Shown: positions 26,632 to 36,622, numbered from the stretch's first letter. The stretch: 64,000 nucleotides of DNA from Bacillales bacterium UBA4694 (GCA_002404835.1 DHKM01000035.1:96921-160920), one strand, 5' to 3'. Made by a program: numbers and translations. The notes: generated by a model from the sequence alone, not told the origin.

Positions 26632-26660
26632 TAAATAACTAAAATTTGAGAGGGCAGTCT

Positions 26661-27995
26661 ATGTCTGAGTATGATAAGCATTTTTCATTGGGCGCATTAT
26701 TTAAAATGGCTTTTCCAAGCATCATTATGATGATTTTTTCCAGTATTTATGGGGTGGTGGATGGACTTTTCATTTCGAATGTGGAAGGGAATACAGCCTT
26801 CAGTGCCATCAATTTTATCATGCCTTATCTTATGCTTCTTGGCGTATTTGGCTTCATGTTCGGTTCTGGCGGCGCTGCTCTAGTCAGTAAGACTTTTGGT
26901 GAAAAGGATGATAAGAGAGCTAATCGTTATTTTACTATGCTCATGATTGTGCTTTTTATTCTTGGAATTGTGGCAACGATTTTTGGTTTCTTTACGGTAA
27001 AGCCAATGGCAAGCCTTCTTGGCGCCGATGCTGAAATGCTTCCCTATTGTGAAGTGTATGGGCATGCCATGATGTTCTTTGTTCTGTTCTTCATGTTCCA
27101 AAATGCATTTCAGTCCTTTATGGTTGTTGCACGAAAACCGATGCTTGGCTTCTTTTTTACTTTTTGTGCGGGTGTTACCAATATTTTAGGAGATTTTCTT
27201 CTCGTTTATGTTTTCCGTTATGGCGTTTTTGGCGCTGCAATCGCTACTGGTTTGAGTCAGATTATTGGCTCACTTCTTCCTTTTTTGTATTTGGTTTTGT
27301 TTCCTCACAAAACCCCACTACACTTTGAAAAGACAAGGTTGGAATTCAAACCGATTATCAAGGCAATGTCCAATGGGCTATCTGAGATGGTCAGCAACGT
27401 TTCGATGTCCCTAGTCAATATGCTTTTTAATGCTCAGCTGATGAAATTCATCGGGCAAAATGGTGTTTCGGCTTTTGGAATCATTATGTATGCCAGTTTT
27501 GTTTTTGTCGGAGTATATTTTGGCTATTCGGTCGGTGTTTCCAGTGTGATTTCCTATCATTATGGAGCACAAAATTGTGAGGAACTTGGATCTCTTCTCC
27601 GGAAATGTCTTTTGACCTATTGTATTTTTTCGGTCATTTTATCGACAAGTGCTATCCTTTTGGCTAAGCCAATAGCCTTGATATTCGTAAGAGAGAATCC
27701 TGAACTTGTCGCTCTCAGTGAGAGGGCGATTCGTTTTTATTCCATATCTTTCTATTTTTCAGGATTTAATATCTTTGCTTCTTCTTTCTTCACGGATCTT
27801 AATGATGGATTTGTAAGTGGTGTCATTTCTTTTGCCCGGACTTTTTTCTTCCAAGTGATTGCGATTCTTGTCTTTCCTGTTTTGTTTGGTCCGGATTCTT
27901 TATGGTTTGCAGTTCTTTTTGCGGAACTTTGTTCTTTGGGTTTGTCTGTTGCATTTTTATTTGCTAAGGAAAAGAAATACCACTATTTTGCCTAG
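26661..27995 (+). CDS. MATE family efflux transporter
   Basis: 12 TM, with MATE-type N-terminus FKMAFPSIIMMIFSSIYGVVDGLFISN. The track start at 26646 is a TTG. The ATG at 26661 follows GAGAGGG. Confidence 0.85.
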   Translation: MSEYDKHFSLGALFKMAFPSIIMMIFSSIYGVVDGLFISNVEGNTAFSAINFIMPYLMLLGVFGFMFGSGGAALVSKTFGEKDDKRANRYFTMLMIVLFILGIVATIFGFFTVKPMASLLGADAEMLPYCEVYGHAMMFFVLFFMFQNAFQSFMVVARKPMLGFFFTFCAGVTNILGDFLLVYVFRYGVFGAAIATGLSQIIGSLLPFLYLVLFPHKTPLHFEKTRLEFKPIIKAMSNGLSEMVSNVSMSLVNMLFNAQLMKFIGQNGVSAFGIIMYASFVFVGVYFGYSVGVSSVISYHYGAQNCEELGSLLRKCLLTYCIFSVILSTSAILLAKPIALIFVRENPELVALSERAIRFYSISFYFSGFNIFASSFFTDLNDGFVSGVISFARTFFFQVIAILVFPVLFGPDSLWFAVLFAELCSLGLSVAFLFAKEKKYHYFA

Positions 27996-28030
27996 ATTGA
28001 GACAAGAAGAAAGATATACTTTTGCAAATA

Positions 28031-28106
28031 AAAAGAGTCATCTTCAGTTTCGTTAGATTCTTTCGTATAAGGAATCTTTTTTTCGATTTTTGGGGATGAC
28101 TCTTTT
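28031..28106. terminator. Nested double hairpin acting as a bidirectional terminator
   Basis: The inner stem AGATTCTTT (28055-28063) / AAGGAATCT (28069-28077) is followed by T7. The outer 12-bp stem AAAAGAGTCATC (28031-28042) / GATGACTCTTTT (28095-28106) is flanked by T-runs on either strand. Confidence 0.55.
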
Positions 28107-28148
28107 ATTTAAGTTTTTGACTATTCGACCGATTGAAGTGCTTTGGCT

Positions 28149-28493
28149 TTACTTATAGAAGAAAAAGATAAGAAGCGAGGAAAGCACAAGCGTAAGTGCT
28201 GCAATTGAGAGAATGGTCTGGTTATGGACATATCTTACGTGGTCTATGCTTTCCCTGTATTCCTCTTTGTTTTTGTATTTGTTTTTCCGGTAGACGAGAT
28301 TGTCTTTCCGTTTAAGCTGAATCAGGAGAAGGAAAAAATAGGCCAGGCTGAAAAGACAGGTGATGGTTTCGAACAGGGAATTCCGTTTCAGAAAATAAGA
28401 AAGCAGAAAACCTAGAAGAAGTGGAATCACGATCATGAAAAAGCAGATTAAGATTCCTTTCGCTAGTTTCTTTTTGTCTAGGTCTATCCTCAT
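28149..28493 (-). CDS. Small membrane protein (114 aa, ~3 TM) at the distal end of the opp operon
   Basis: AAGGAG lies 7 nt upstream of the ATG at 28493, and the gene starts 13 nt after the oppF stop. The protein has hydrophobic segments and a Lys/Tyr-rich loop. No known motif. Confidence 0.5.
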   Translation of the reverse strand: MRIDLDKKKLAKGILICFFMIVIPLLLGFLLSYFLKRNSLFETITCLFSLAYFFLLLIQLKRKDNLVYRKNKYKNKEEYRESIDHVRYVHNQTILSIAALTLVLSSLLIFFFYK

Positions 28494-28506
28494 AGTTGAC
28501 TCCTTT

Positions 28507-31101
28507 TTAGACGATACTCAAGTATTTGTTTTCGATTTCTCCCTTTTCCCACAATCCTTTCTTGGATTCTGGAACAAGGACGAAATGACCGGGTTTCATT
28601 TCACACCAATGGCATTTCTCATAGTCCAGATTTGCCTTGTGATAGACATATTTCTGTTTGCTGCCGTTGGTTTTCGGATCGGGCTGGGGGATTGCAGTAA
28701 GAAGAGCTTTAGTATAAGGGTGGATTGGATCTTTATAAATGTCTTCTGCATTTCCTAATTCTACGATATGCCCCTGATGCATGACTGCAATTCTATCTGA
28801 AATGTAGCGGATAATGCTTAGATCATGGGCGATAAATAGATAAGTAAGGTTCTTTTCTTCCTGCAATTTTCTGAGAAGATTCAGAACTTGTGCTCGGATA
28901 CTGACATCAAGTGCAGAAATCGGTTCATCGGCAAGAATGAGTTCGGGTTCGATGACTAGTGCTCTTGCGATTCCGATACGCTGCCTTTGACCACCGGAGA
29001 ATTCATGTGGGTAACGGCTTAGGTGTTCGGGAAGAAGGCCGACAGATTCCATTATCTCAGTCACCTTACTGATTCTTTCTTCTTTGCTTTTGAACAGATG
29101 GAAATTGTATAGTCCCTCACTGACAATATAGTCGATGTTTGCTCTTTCGTTCAAAGAAGCTGCAGGGTCCTGGAAAATCATCTGGATATTCTTTTTCGAC
29201 TGCTTTTCTTCTTGTTTTGTGAGCTTTTTGGAGATGAGTTTTCCTTTGAAGTAGATGGCACCGCTATGGAGTTTGTTTATGCCAAGGATTGCTCTGGAAA
29301 TGGTTGTTTTCCCGGAACCGGATTCTCCGACTAAGCCGAAAGTCTCTCCGACATGGATATCGAAATTAAGATTCTGCGAGGCTTTAACTACGTTCTTTCC
29401 GCTACCGAAGTAAATGTTTGCGCTGACGACCGAAAGGAGGATTTCTTTTCCTGTACGATCTGTTGTCGGGAAATACTCCAACATTCCGGTCTTCTTATCA
29501 ACGCGGTATTTATACTGTTGAATTGGATTTTTCTTTATTTCGCTGAGCGTTTTCTCATCTAGGATTTTTTCCAGGAATTCCTTTTTGAATCTATTCTTTC
29601 TGAACTTGCTTGGAAGGATGTTTGAACCTTTGTAGTATATGGCACCTCGGATTTTTACATCTTTGGAGTAGAATGCTCGGACAATATAGATGAGTGCTTC
29701 GGATTTTTTGTCTTCGAATTTATCCCCTTTCTTATAGTCCATGGAGAAATCGTGATCGAATATATAATCTCCATCTTCGGATACGATATTCACACGGTCG
29801 AATCTAACTAGGATGTCCGAATGCTTCATTCCGTTTAGACTTTGTGGAATAAAGGTGAGGTTATCGGGGTAGTATTGATCAAAATAGTCTGTTAGTTGAA
29901 GAAGGCGGAATCGATCTTCGACCGTGAATCTACTATTGATTCGAATAAAATCTTCATTGTCATTTAAATAGATTCCTGTTGCATTTTCAGCTTTGATTCG
30001 TCGTCTTTCCACTTCGCTTTTTGACATCGAGGATGGAATCAACATTCCATCTAGATATAAAGCGCCAGTTAGTATTGTTTTATGGAAAAACAGAGATTGG
30101 ACGATTTTTAGTTTGATCTTGTCTTCTTCATCTTTAAGGTTGAAGGAATGGTCGGCAATGATATTGAAATTGGAGAATTTTTTATCATACCCCAATAATT
30201 CAACATCTGCGTTGAGGACACTGATGGAGATGGGATGGTTTTGTCTATCTCTCATCGGATAGAAAAGTGGATATCCGGTTTGTCTGTCTTTGGTTACATT
30301 CATAAGGATGTAATCTTTGTCTTCGACGCTGAAATTCTTTTTGACGAAAGATTTTTCTAGATAAAGTCGGAATTCTTCTGTTAGGGAAGAGGGAAGTAGT
30401 TTTCCTTTGTAATAGAATCCTTTTACTTCCTTGTCTTTATCCAAAAGGGATTTGATTACGGTGATTTTGCTGATGTCATCCTTTGAATTTAAATCAAAAA
30501 GATCGCCTTGGAATATTTCGAAAGTGTAACTATCTTTGGCTAGATTTTTGTTTTGCTTGTCCTGGATTGTTGCTTTATAAGCTCGGAAGATGACTTTCTT
30601 TCCGCTTTTTGTTTTGGTTGGAAGATAACAGAGTGGGACATCTGCCTTAAGGGAACAGGACTCAATGATTTCCTTGTCTTCGCTGTGAAAATAGCGATCC
30701 ATGAATAACCACATAAGGTTTGTCTTGAATTTTCTATCAATTTTATCTGTGCAGAATTTCCCTTTGAAGTAGATGGCACCACCTGTCTTTCTTTCCTGTG
30801 AGAACAATGCGAAGAGAAAATCGAGTTTTGCAAGCTGCTCTTTGTTTTCGGAATCGAATTCTTCGCTTTCCAAAACATCGAAGCAGTAGGATTTGTTCGA
30901 CAATGACTGCCCTTTTAGGTTGCTTATTTTTCCGTCTACGACCTTGATAAGAACATTTTTGGCAAATTTGTTCTTCAAAGGTATACTTAGAGGAAAACCG
31001 TATTTGTTCAAGGGGGCTCTTTTGCGGATTTCGTCGAAATCGTCACTTGTCAGCATGGAAAGCGCGTCATCATTCCTGGGCTGTTTTATGTTGTCCTTCA
31101 T
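28507..31101 (-). CDS. oppF: Oligopeptide ABC transporter ATPase OppF with a ~550-aa N-terminal extension
   Basis: The canonical NBD occupies residues ~553-864: Walker A GESGSGKT, signature FSGGQRQR, Walker B LILADEPISALD, H-loop FIAHDL, and an oligopeptide C-terminal domain. GGAGG lies upstream of the ATG at 31101. The extension is internally repetitive (see findings). Confidence 0.9.
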   Translation of the reverse strand: MKDNIKQPRNDDALSMLTSDDFDEIRKRAPLNKYGFPLSIPLKNKFAKNVLIKVVDGKISNLKGQSLSNKSYCFDVLESEEFDSENKEQLAKLDFLFALFSQERKTGGAIYFKGKFCTDKIDRKFKTNLMWLFMDRYFHSEDKEIIESCSLKADVPLCYLPTKTKSGKKVIFRAYKATIQDKQNKNLAKDSYTFEIFQGDLFDLNSKDDISKITVIKSLLDKDKEVKGFYYKGKLLPSSLTEEFRLYLEKSFVKKNFSVEDKDYILMNVTKDRQTGYPLFYPMRDRQNHPISISVLNADVELLGYDKKFSNFNIIADHSFNLKDEEDKIKLKIVQSLFFHKTILTGALYLDGMLIPSSMSKSEVERRRIKAENATGIYLNDNEDFIRINSRFTVEDRFRLLQLTDYFDQYYPDNLTFIPQSLNGMKHSDILVRFDRVNIVSEDGDYIFDHDFSMDYKKGDKFEDKKSEALIYIVRAFYSKDVKIRGAIYYKGSNILPSKFRKNRFKKEFLEKILDEKTLSEIKKNPIQQYKYRVDKKTGMLEYFPTTDRTGKEILLSVVSANIYFGSGKNVVKASQNLNFDIHVGETFGLVGESGSGKTTISRAILGINKLHSGAIYFKGKLISKKLTKQEEKQSKKNIQMIFQDPAASLNERANIDYIVSEGLYNFHLFKSKEERISKVTEIMESVGLLPEHLSRYPHEFSGGQRQRIGIARALVIEPELILADEPISALDVSIRAQVLNLLRKLQEEKNLTYLFIAHDLSIIRYISDRIAVMHQGHIVELGNAEDIYKDPIHPYTKALLTAIPQPDPKTNGSKQKYVYHKANLDYEKCHWCEMKPGHFVLVPESKKGLWEKGEIENKYLSIV

Positions 31102-32209
31102 GTTTTTTACCTCCCTGGTAAAGTTCCATCACTCTTGAATGGATTTCTTTGATGATTTCTGGCATTTCGGTTTTTGGAGCTCGCTCATCCAATAACCAGG
31201 TCTTTGCATAATGGGTCTCGCTGACTTTGAACATCGGCGGCTCTTTTACGAAATCAACGGCTAGAGCATAGGGGTTTCTGCTTGCAAAGGCATCGCCTTT
31301 GATTTCGTTGAAAAGCGACGGCGGGGTGCCTGGAATGGAATAAAGGTTTTCTCCTTTTTTTCCTAACTGTGGTAGTGAGGAAAGAAGAGCCCAAGTATAG
31401 GGATGTTTTGGATCGTAGAAGATATCCTCTGCCGTTCCAAGCTCAACGATTTGTCCCGCGTAGACTACGGCAATCCTGTCAGCTATCTCGCTGACTACCC
31501 CAAGATCGTGCGTGATGAAGATGACGGTGAATCCATATTCTTTTTTCAAATCCTTGATCAGGTTGATGATCTGGGCCTGGATGGTGACGTCAAGTGCTGT
31601 GGTAGGTTCGTCGCAGATCAGAATATCCGGTCTGCAGGCCAGAGCGATAGCTATGACAACACGTTGTCTCATGCCACCTGAATATTGGAACGGATAGTCG
31701 TTGAATCTTTTTTCGGGTTCCGATATTCCGACTCTTTTCAGCAACTGAATCGCTTCTTCTTTGGCCTCTTTCTTGTTCAGACCTCGATGAAGCTTGATGA
31801 CTTCTGTAATCTGACTTCCGATTTTCCTTAATGGGTCCAATGAAGTCATCGGATCCTGGAAGATTGTCGCGATTCTTTTTCCACGAATGTTCAGCCATTC
31901 TTCATTCTTCTTGACTTTACTCAGGTCGATTCCGGAATATAGGATGGAGGAATGATCATCGATGCTTCCGTTCTGTTCAAGCATGCCGGTGAAGCATTTG
32001 GTGAAGACGGATTTTCCGGAACCGGATTCGCCGACAATGGCCAATGTTTCGCCTTTATAAATATCAAGGGAAATATTCCTAATGGCAGTCAAAGTCCGGT
32101 TTCTTACCTGGAATCTTACGATAAGATTCTTTACGGAAAGAATGACTTCTCCCTCTTTGACTTCTTCTTTGCCCTTCAGCTTCAATGTTTCTTTTTTTGA
32201 CATGCTCAT
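31070..32209 (-). CDS. oppD: Oligopeptide ABC transporter ATPase OppD
   Basis: Walker A GESGSGKS, signature YSGGMRQRV, Walker B LICDEPTTALD, H-loop FITHDLG, and a C-terminal DPKHPYTWALL motif. Confidence 0.9.
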   Translation of the reverse strand: MSMSKKETLKLKGKEEVKEGEVILSVKNLIVRFQVRNRTLTAIRNISLDIYKGETLAIVGESGSGKSVFTKCFTGMLEQNGSIDDHSSILYSGIDLSKVKKNEEWLNIRGKRIATIFQDPMTSLDPLRKIGSQITEVIKLHRGLNKKEAKEEAIQLLKRVGISEPEKRFNDYPFQYSGGMRQRVVIAIALACRPDILICDEPTTALDVTIQAQIINLIKDLKKEYGFTVIFITHDLGVVSEIADRIAVVYAGQIVELGTAEDIFYDPKHPYTWALLSSLPQLGKKGENLYSIPGTPPSLFNEIKGDAFASRNPYALAVDFVKEPPMFKVSETHYAKTWLLDERAPKTEMPEIIKEIHSRVMELYQGGKKHEGQHKTAQE

Positions 32210-32216
32210 GTCCTCC

Positions 32217-33173
32217 TCAACGATGTTTCTTTGGATCTAATGCGTCTGAGAATGTAGTTCCAAGGATGAAGAATGCAAAGATGATGACGGCAAGCAGCAA
32301 TCCCGGTGCAAGGATTTCCCAAGGATAGAGAGAATAGTTGGTAATGCCAAGCTCTAGAATGGCGCCTAATGAAATATCTCTGGTCTGAAGTCCTACCCCG
32401 AAATAAGACATGGCAACTTCGGAGGAAATCATTCCTGGGATGATCAAAGAGAATTCGGTAATGATGACTCCGAGAAGATAAGGCAGATAGTTTTTGACCA
32501 TGATTCTCATCGGAGGTGTCCCTAGCGTTTTGCTGGCGACATTGTATTCCCTATTGTCGATGATCAGCACTTGGTTTCGTATCATGAGAGCCAACGACAG
32601 CCAACCTAACAATGTCAAAGATAGCACAAGCCTGGCTTCGACTGGAACGTCAGGAAGAGAGTAGGTAAAGATTACGGATAGAAGCATATAAATCAGAAGT
32701 GAGGGAATGTTTGAGACGAAGTTGTAGATTTCCACAAAAAGTCCATCGAGTTTTTTGAAATACCCCCAACAAAGGCCTCCTAATGTCCCAATGAAAAGGA
32801 CGATGAGAGATTCGATAATGGCAAGAAGCAATGATTTTCCAGCTCCTTTCCAAGTCAAGAACCAAAGATCCCTTCCAATGATATCTGTACCAAAAAAATG
32901 CTTTGAAGAAGGCGCTAAGTTGATATTCGACATATTGATGGTGTAAGCATCCTCTGGAGCAAACAAAGGTATGATGATGATTCCCAGGATTAATAAAGTC
33001 AAGACGGATAGGGCTATGATTGTAGCAGGTCTTTTGATGAAAATCCTAAAGACGCTTTTCCAATAAGAATAGGGTTCCGAGGCAAGCATTTCGGATTCTT
33101 CGTTTTTGATGTCGACGTGGACAAACAGGTCGTCCAGTCCATCATTTTTCTTGATTGATATGGATTGATTCAT
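32217..33173 (-). CDS. oppC: Oligopeptide ABC transporter permease OppC
   Basis: EAA-loop-like EYNVASKTLGTPPMRIMVKNYLPYL. Start moved to the ATG at 33173, which has AAGGAGG 7 nt upstream and lies 13 nt after the oppB stop. Confidence 0.85.
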   Translation of the reverse strand: MNQSISIKKNDGLDDLFVHVDIKNEESEMLASEPYSYWKSVFRIFIKRPATIIALSVLTLLILGIIIIPLFAPEDAYTINMSNINLAPSSKHFFGTDIIGRDLWFLTWKGAGKSLLLAIIESLIVLFIGTLGGLCWGYFKKLDGLFVEIYNFVSNIPSLLIYMLLSVIFTYSLPDVPVEARLVLSLTLLGWLSLALMIRNQVLIIDNREYNVASKTLGTPPMRIMVKNYLPYLLGVIITEFSLIIPGMISSEVAMSYFGVGLQTRDISLGAILELGITNYSLYPWEILAPGLLLAVIIFAFFILGTTFSDALDPKKHR

Positions 33174-33186
33174 GGATGACCTCCTT

Positions 33187-34374
33187 TTATTTTGATGTGA
33201 GTCTGATTCTTGGATCATAGAGAGCGGTGATTATGTCGCCAAGAAGGAATGCTAACATGGAAAGGGCAGCGTATAACACGGTGAGTCCTTGAATGACAGG
33301 GATATCCGGTGTTCCCTGAAGGGCGGTGACTAGTTCTCTACCGGTTCCCGGAATGACCCAAATATCTTCTACGAAATATGAACCTACCATAGCTGTAAGG
33401 ATTGTTATCGGTATATTTCGAATTAATGGCACGGATGCATTTCTGAGGACGTGGGTGTACATGATTCTATTTTCGCTTAATCCCTTAGATCTTGCGAATT
33501 TGACATAATCGGAATTCAGCTCATCTACCATGAACCTTCTGACCCAAATGACAAGACCGGGAATAGACAAGAAGAAAATAACGAATACAGGTATGAAAAG
33601 GGTTTGGAAATGTCTTTCACTATCATATTGATAGCCAAAACCGGCGAATCCGAAGATGCCGTTCTTGTCTCCTGTCCAACTCTTCATGAACAAATAGAAG
33701 ACAAGAGCCGGGATGGCGTAGTTCAAAACGATGAATGCGTTGCCGACTTTATCCCAGAAACCACCTGGTTTTTTTGCCATGCTAACGCCAAGTGGGAAGC
33801 CTACTAGATAGGTCAACAAGACGGAAATCAATGAGATTTCCATGGATATTCCCATCTCGCTTGCCACGATATCAGTAATGAATTTGTGCTTTTTGACGCT
33901 TCTTCCCAAATAGATGAATCCTTCCCAGCTTGCTTTTACCACTGTATAGGAACTATCGAACTGGTATGGGATTTTCTTATAAATCGGAAGAATATAATAA
34001 ATATATTGACCGATGTTCTCCCAAACGGAGATTTCATTGCCGTTGATATCCCTAAGACCATAAAGGAAAAGCTGTTTGTTCTTGTAGTTTTCTGCCAGGA
34101 CTTTGCCTTTTGCCAATAGCTTGTTGTATGTCTGAAGGTCATAGAATTTTTCTTCTGGGAGAAGTCTGATCAATATGGCAACGAAAGCAACAAGAACCAT
34201 CAAAGTCAGAAAGGATGTCAGGATTCTTCTTAAAATATAGATTAAGGTCCTATTTGTCAGGACTTTTTTTGCTTTGGACAGGAATTTCAATGTTTTTGTT
34301 TTCCATGCCGGATCCTCCTTTATGAGAGGATTGAGTATTTCGCACTCTTCTACGTGGATGATTTTCTGCTCCAT
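33187..34374 (-). CDS. oppB: Oligopeptide ABC transporter permease OppB (expanded extracytoplasmic loop)
   Basis: EAA loop DYVKFARSKGLSENRIMYTHVLRNASVPLI. At 395 aa it is longer than typical OppB, owing to a loop after TM1. Confidence 0.85.
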   Translation of the reverse strand: MEQKIIHVEECEILNPLIKEDPAWKTKTLKFLSKAKKVLTNRTLIYILRRILTSFLTLMVLVAFVAILIRLLPEEKFYDLQTYNKLLAKGKVLAENYKNKQLFLYGLRDINGNEISVWENIGQYIYYILPIYKKIPYQFDSSYTVVKASWEGFIYLGRSVKKHKFITDIVASEMGISMEISLISVLLTYLVGFPLGVSMAKKPGGFWDKVGNAFIVLNYAIPALVFYLFMKSWTGDKNGIFGFAGFGYQYDSERHFQTLFIPVFVIFFLSIPGLVIWVRRFMVDELNSDYVKFARSKGLSENRIMYTHVLRNASVPLIRNIPITILTAMVGSYFVEDIWVIPGTGRELVTALQGTPDIPVIQGLTVLYAALSMLAFLLGDIITALYDPRIRLTSK

Positions 34375-34441
34375 GTGTTTTCCTTTCTCTCATTAACCGA
34401 AAAGATGATGAGTACCCCCATCATCTTTTCTTTCGATGAGA

Positions 34442-36622
34442 TTATTTGTGTGTCTTATAATCTTTTTCGATGGCTTCTCTCTGTGCTCTGGTAATGGCGG
34501 CAGAAGAAACTACAGTATTGACAAACTTGTCCGAATTGTTTCCGTAGTTTGCCTGAGATCCTTGATGTGGAATTACTTTACCGACTACATTGTAGATTCC
34601 GCTTCTTGTATACCACGGAAGAACGATTGCATCTTCGTAGATAAGGTCGTATTCAGCTTTGGCGAAAGCACTAAGACGTTCAGAATAATTTTCTTTGGTG
34701 TTGAATTTGATGGCTTCATTATAAAGGTTGGTGTAATTTCCCAAAAGCTTATCCGAAAGTTCCTTTTCGGATTTGTCTCCTGTAAATCCGAGGTAACTTA
34801 GATTATCGCCGATGTCGATGCAGTTTCCTTCGCTATCGAATGTTTCACCGACTAAGGTATGTAGGAAGGACTTAGGATCGCCATAATCGGCACCCCATCC
34901 CATCTGCATGGAGAAGTCGTAATTGTTGTCCTTGTTTCCCCATTTGGAATCCTGGTCATTGCTGGTCGGAGTAGAGACATTCATGACAATCCAGCCGTCG
35001 CTGTTATTTTCAATGGACTTGAACATAGCCTGCTGATAACCGAATTCTGTCGGATCCATGGCTCCTATGACATCGATGTAGATATGTTCTGCTGTGACTC
35101 CTTCTTGAGCAAGAGCTTCTTTGGCTTTATGGAAGTATTCTTTTGCTTTTTCGGCATTGTAGATTGGATCTTCAGAACTTCCGGATTCTGATATATCCGT
35201 TCCGATGAGCTTGACATCTGTCGTTCCCTGCTGTTTATTGAATTCATCTTCTACATAAGAGGTGTAGTCTTTGCCGTTTTTATCCTGTGCGAGACCTTTT
35301 ACCGTATAGGTTCTGTTGAGCCTTTGGACAGGATCGCCCTGGTTATAATATTTGAGGTATTCCATGACATTGAGTCCATAGAGGAATCCTTTTCTGAAAT
35401 CGGTATTGAGGATGGCTTTCTGTGTATCTTCTTTTTCGGATGAGGTTTTCTTGTGGGCAACGTTGTCATATTCATAGTTCGTTCGGATGTAGTTGAAATA
35501 GGCGATAAAGCAGAATTGGTCAGTGGATGCTACCGGTGAACAATTCGGATCGACCGGATTATTCGTTGATCCGCTTCCATCTGTTCCGGTGACGTATTTG
35601 GTATATCCTTCCGTATCTGTGGATTGTACATTGAAGGAATCTATCGTTCCGTTTTCATAAAGTTTTCTAGCTTGATCAATGGAAGCACTTTTACCTATAA
35701 AAGCAAGATTGACATTATCGACGTAGACATGCTCCACATCATAATAATATGGGTTTTTCGTAAATACGGATTTTGAGGATGCAACATGGTTTGTCAGTCT
35801 AAAGGCACCATTGACAAGAATGTCGTTTTGAGTCTCGCCGAAAGCGGATCCTTTTTCGTCAAGCCAAGAACGGCTTACTGGATAATAAACGGAATAAGTT
35901 AGGCAGGTGAGGAAATATGGTGTAGGTTCAACCAAAGTGTATTCAATTGTGTAATCGTCGACTGCCTTGATTCCTACTTCCGAGAAATCCATTACCTTTA
36001 CAGTCGGGTCCTTCAAGTAAGCTGCTTTGGAAGAATAGTAATCCTGTGCGTTCTTGATGACTCCACAGGGAAGATAGGCAAATTCGGAAGAATTGATCGG
36101 ATCTAGAACATATTCAAGTCCGCAGACAAAGTCATCTGCCTTTACTTCACCGTATACTTTTCCATCTTCGTTGTTGATCCACTTGACCCCTTCTTTCAGT
36201 TGGAATGTCCAGGTTTCGCTGCCATCGGCATTTTCGGTGACTTTATAACCGAGAGCAAGTCCACCATATGTGCTTCCGTACTGGTTGTTACTGATGAGTC
36301 CATCAACCATATTGACAAAATGCAAAGCGTTGTACTGCCAAGGAGTGGATAGATAGTTATAACTGTCCGGTTCGGTTTGGAAGATACTGTTGTAGGTGTT
36401 TTTGGTCGAGAAGGTTTGTCCGGCAACCGTGTAGTTTCCGCTTTCATCGATTTGGGGATTTGCAGCTTGATTTTCCAAGGAAGTGTATCCTTCTTTCAAT
36501 GTTCCGTACCAGTTAGGGGTATCCGGTTTTGCAGAATTGCTTGCCGTTGTCTTTTTACATGCTCCAAGTAAGGATAGTAAGGAAACGATAGTCAGTGTCT
36601 TTAAAAGTCTTTTCTGTTTCAT
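34442..36622 (-). CDS. oppA: Oligopeptide-binding lipoprotein OppA (family 5 solute-binding protein)
   Basis: Start moved to the ATG at 36622 (MKQKRLLKTLTIVSLLSLLGAC lipobox) with GGAGGA 9 nt upstream. About 725 aa, heading the oppBCDF genes. Confidence 0.8.
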   Translation of the reverse strand: MKQKRLLKTLTIVSLLSLLGACKKTTASNSAKPDTPNWYGTLKEGYTSLENQAANPQIDESGNYTVAGQTFSTKNTYNSIFQTEPDSYNYLSTPWQYNALHFVNMVDGLISNNQYGSTYGGLALGYKVTENADGSETWTFQLKEGVKWINNEDGKVYGEVKADDFVCGLEYVLDPINSSEFAYLPCGVIKNAQDYYSSKAAYLKDPTVKVMDFSEVGIKAVDDYTIEYTLVEPTPYFLTCLTYSVYYPVSRSWLDEKGSAFGETQNDILVNGAFRLTNHVASSKSVFTKNPYYYDVEHVYVDNVNLAFIGKSASIDQARKLYENGTIDSFNVQSTDTEGYTKYVTGTDGSGSTNNPVDPNCSPVASTDQFCFIAYFNYIRTNYEYDNVAHKKTSSEKEDTQKAILNTDFRKGFLYGLNVMEYLKYYNQGDPVQRLNRTYTVKGLAQDKNGKDYTSYVEDEFNKQQGTTDVKLIGTDISESGSSEDPIYNAEKAKEYFHKAKEALAQEGVTAEHIYIDVIGAMDPTEFGYQQAMFKSIENNSDGWIVMNVSTPTSNDQDSKWGNKDNNYDFSMQMGWGADYGDPKSFLHTLVGETFDSEGNCIDIGDNLSYLGFTGDKSEKELSDKLLGNYTNLYNEAIKFNTKENYSERLSAFAKAEYDLIYEDAIVLPWYTRSGIYNVVGKVIPHQGSQANYGNNSDKFVNTVVSSAAITRAQREAIEKDYKTHK

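Noticed and set aside
26498-26638. 46-aa ORF (MKTGFIFSKKVVFLNIRFFVFSLFESYDTDYYGFKLSKKYFCAILK) in the long spacer upstream of the MATE gene
   Set aside because: It has no SD and an AT-driven composition, and it overlaps the candidate promoter. It is most likely a chance ORF.
25538-26660. Shared MRGQS N-termini of track ORFs 24731..25552 and 26646..27995, as a possible repeat or shared leader
   Set aside because: Both arise from a TTGAGAGG string where the track starts at a TTG. In each case a better ATG with an SD lies downstream (25498 and 26661). The similarity is only about 8 nt.
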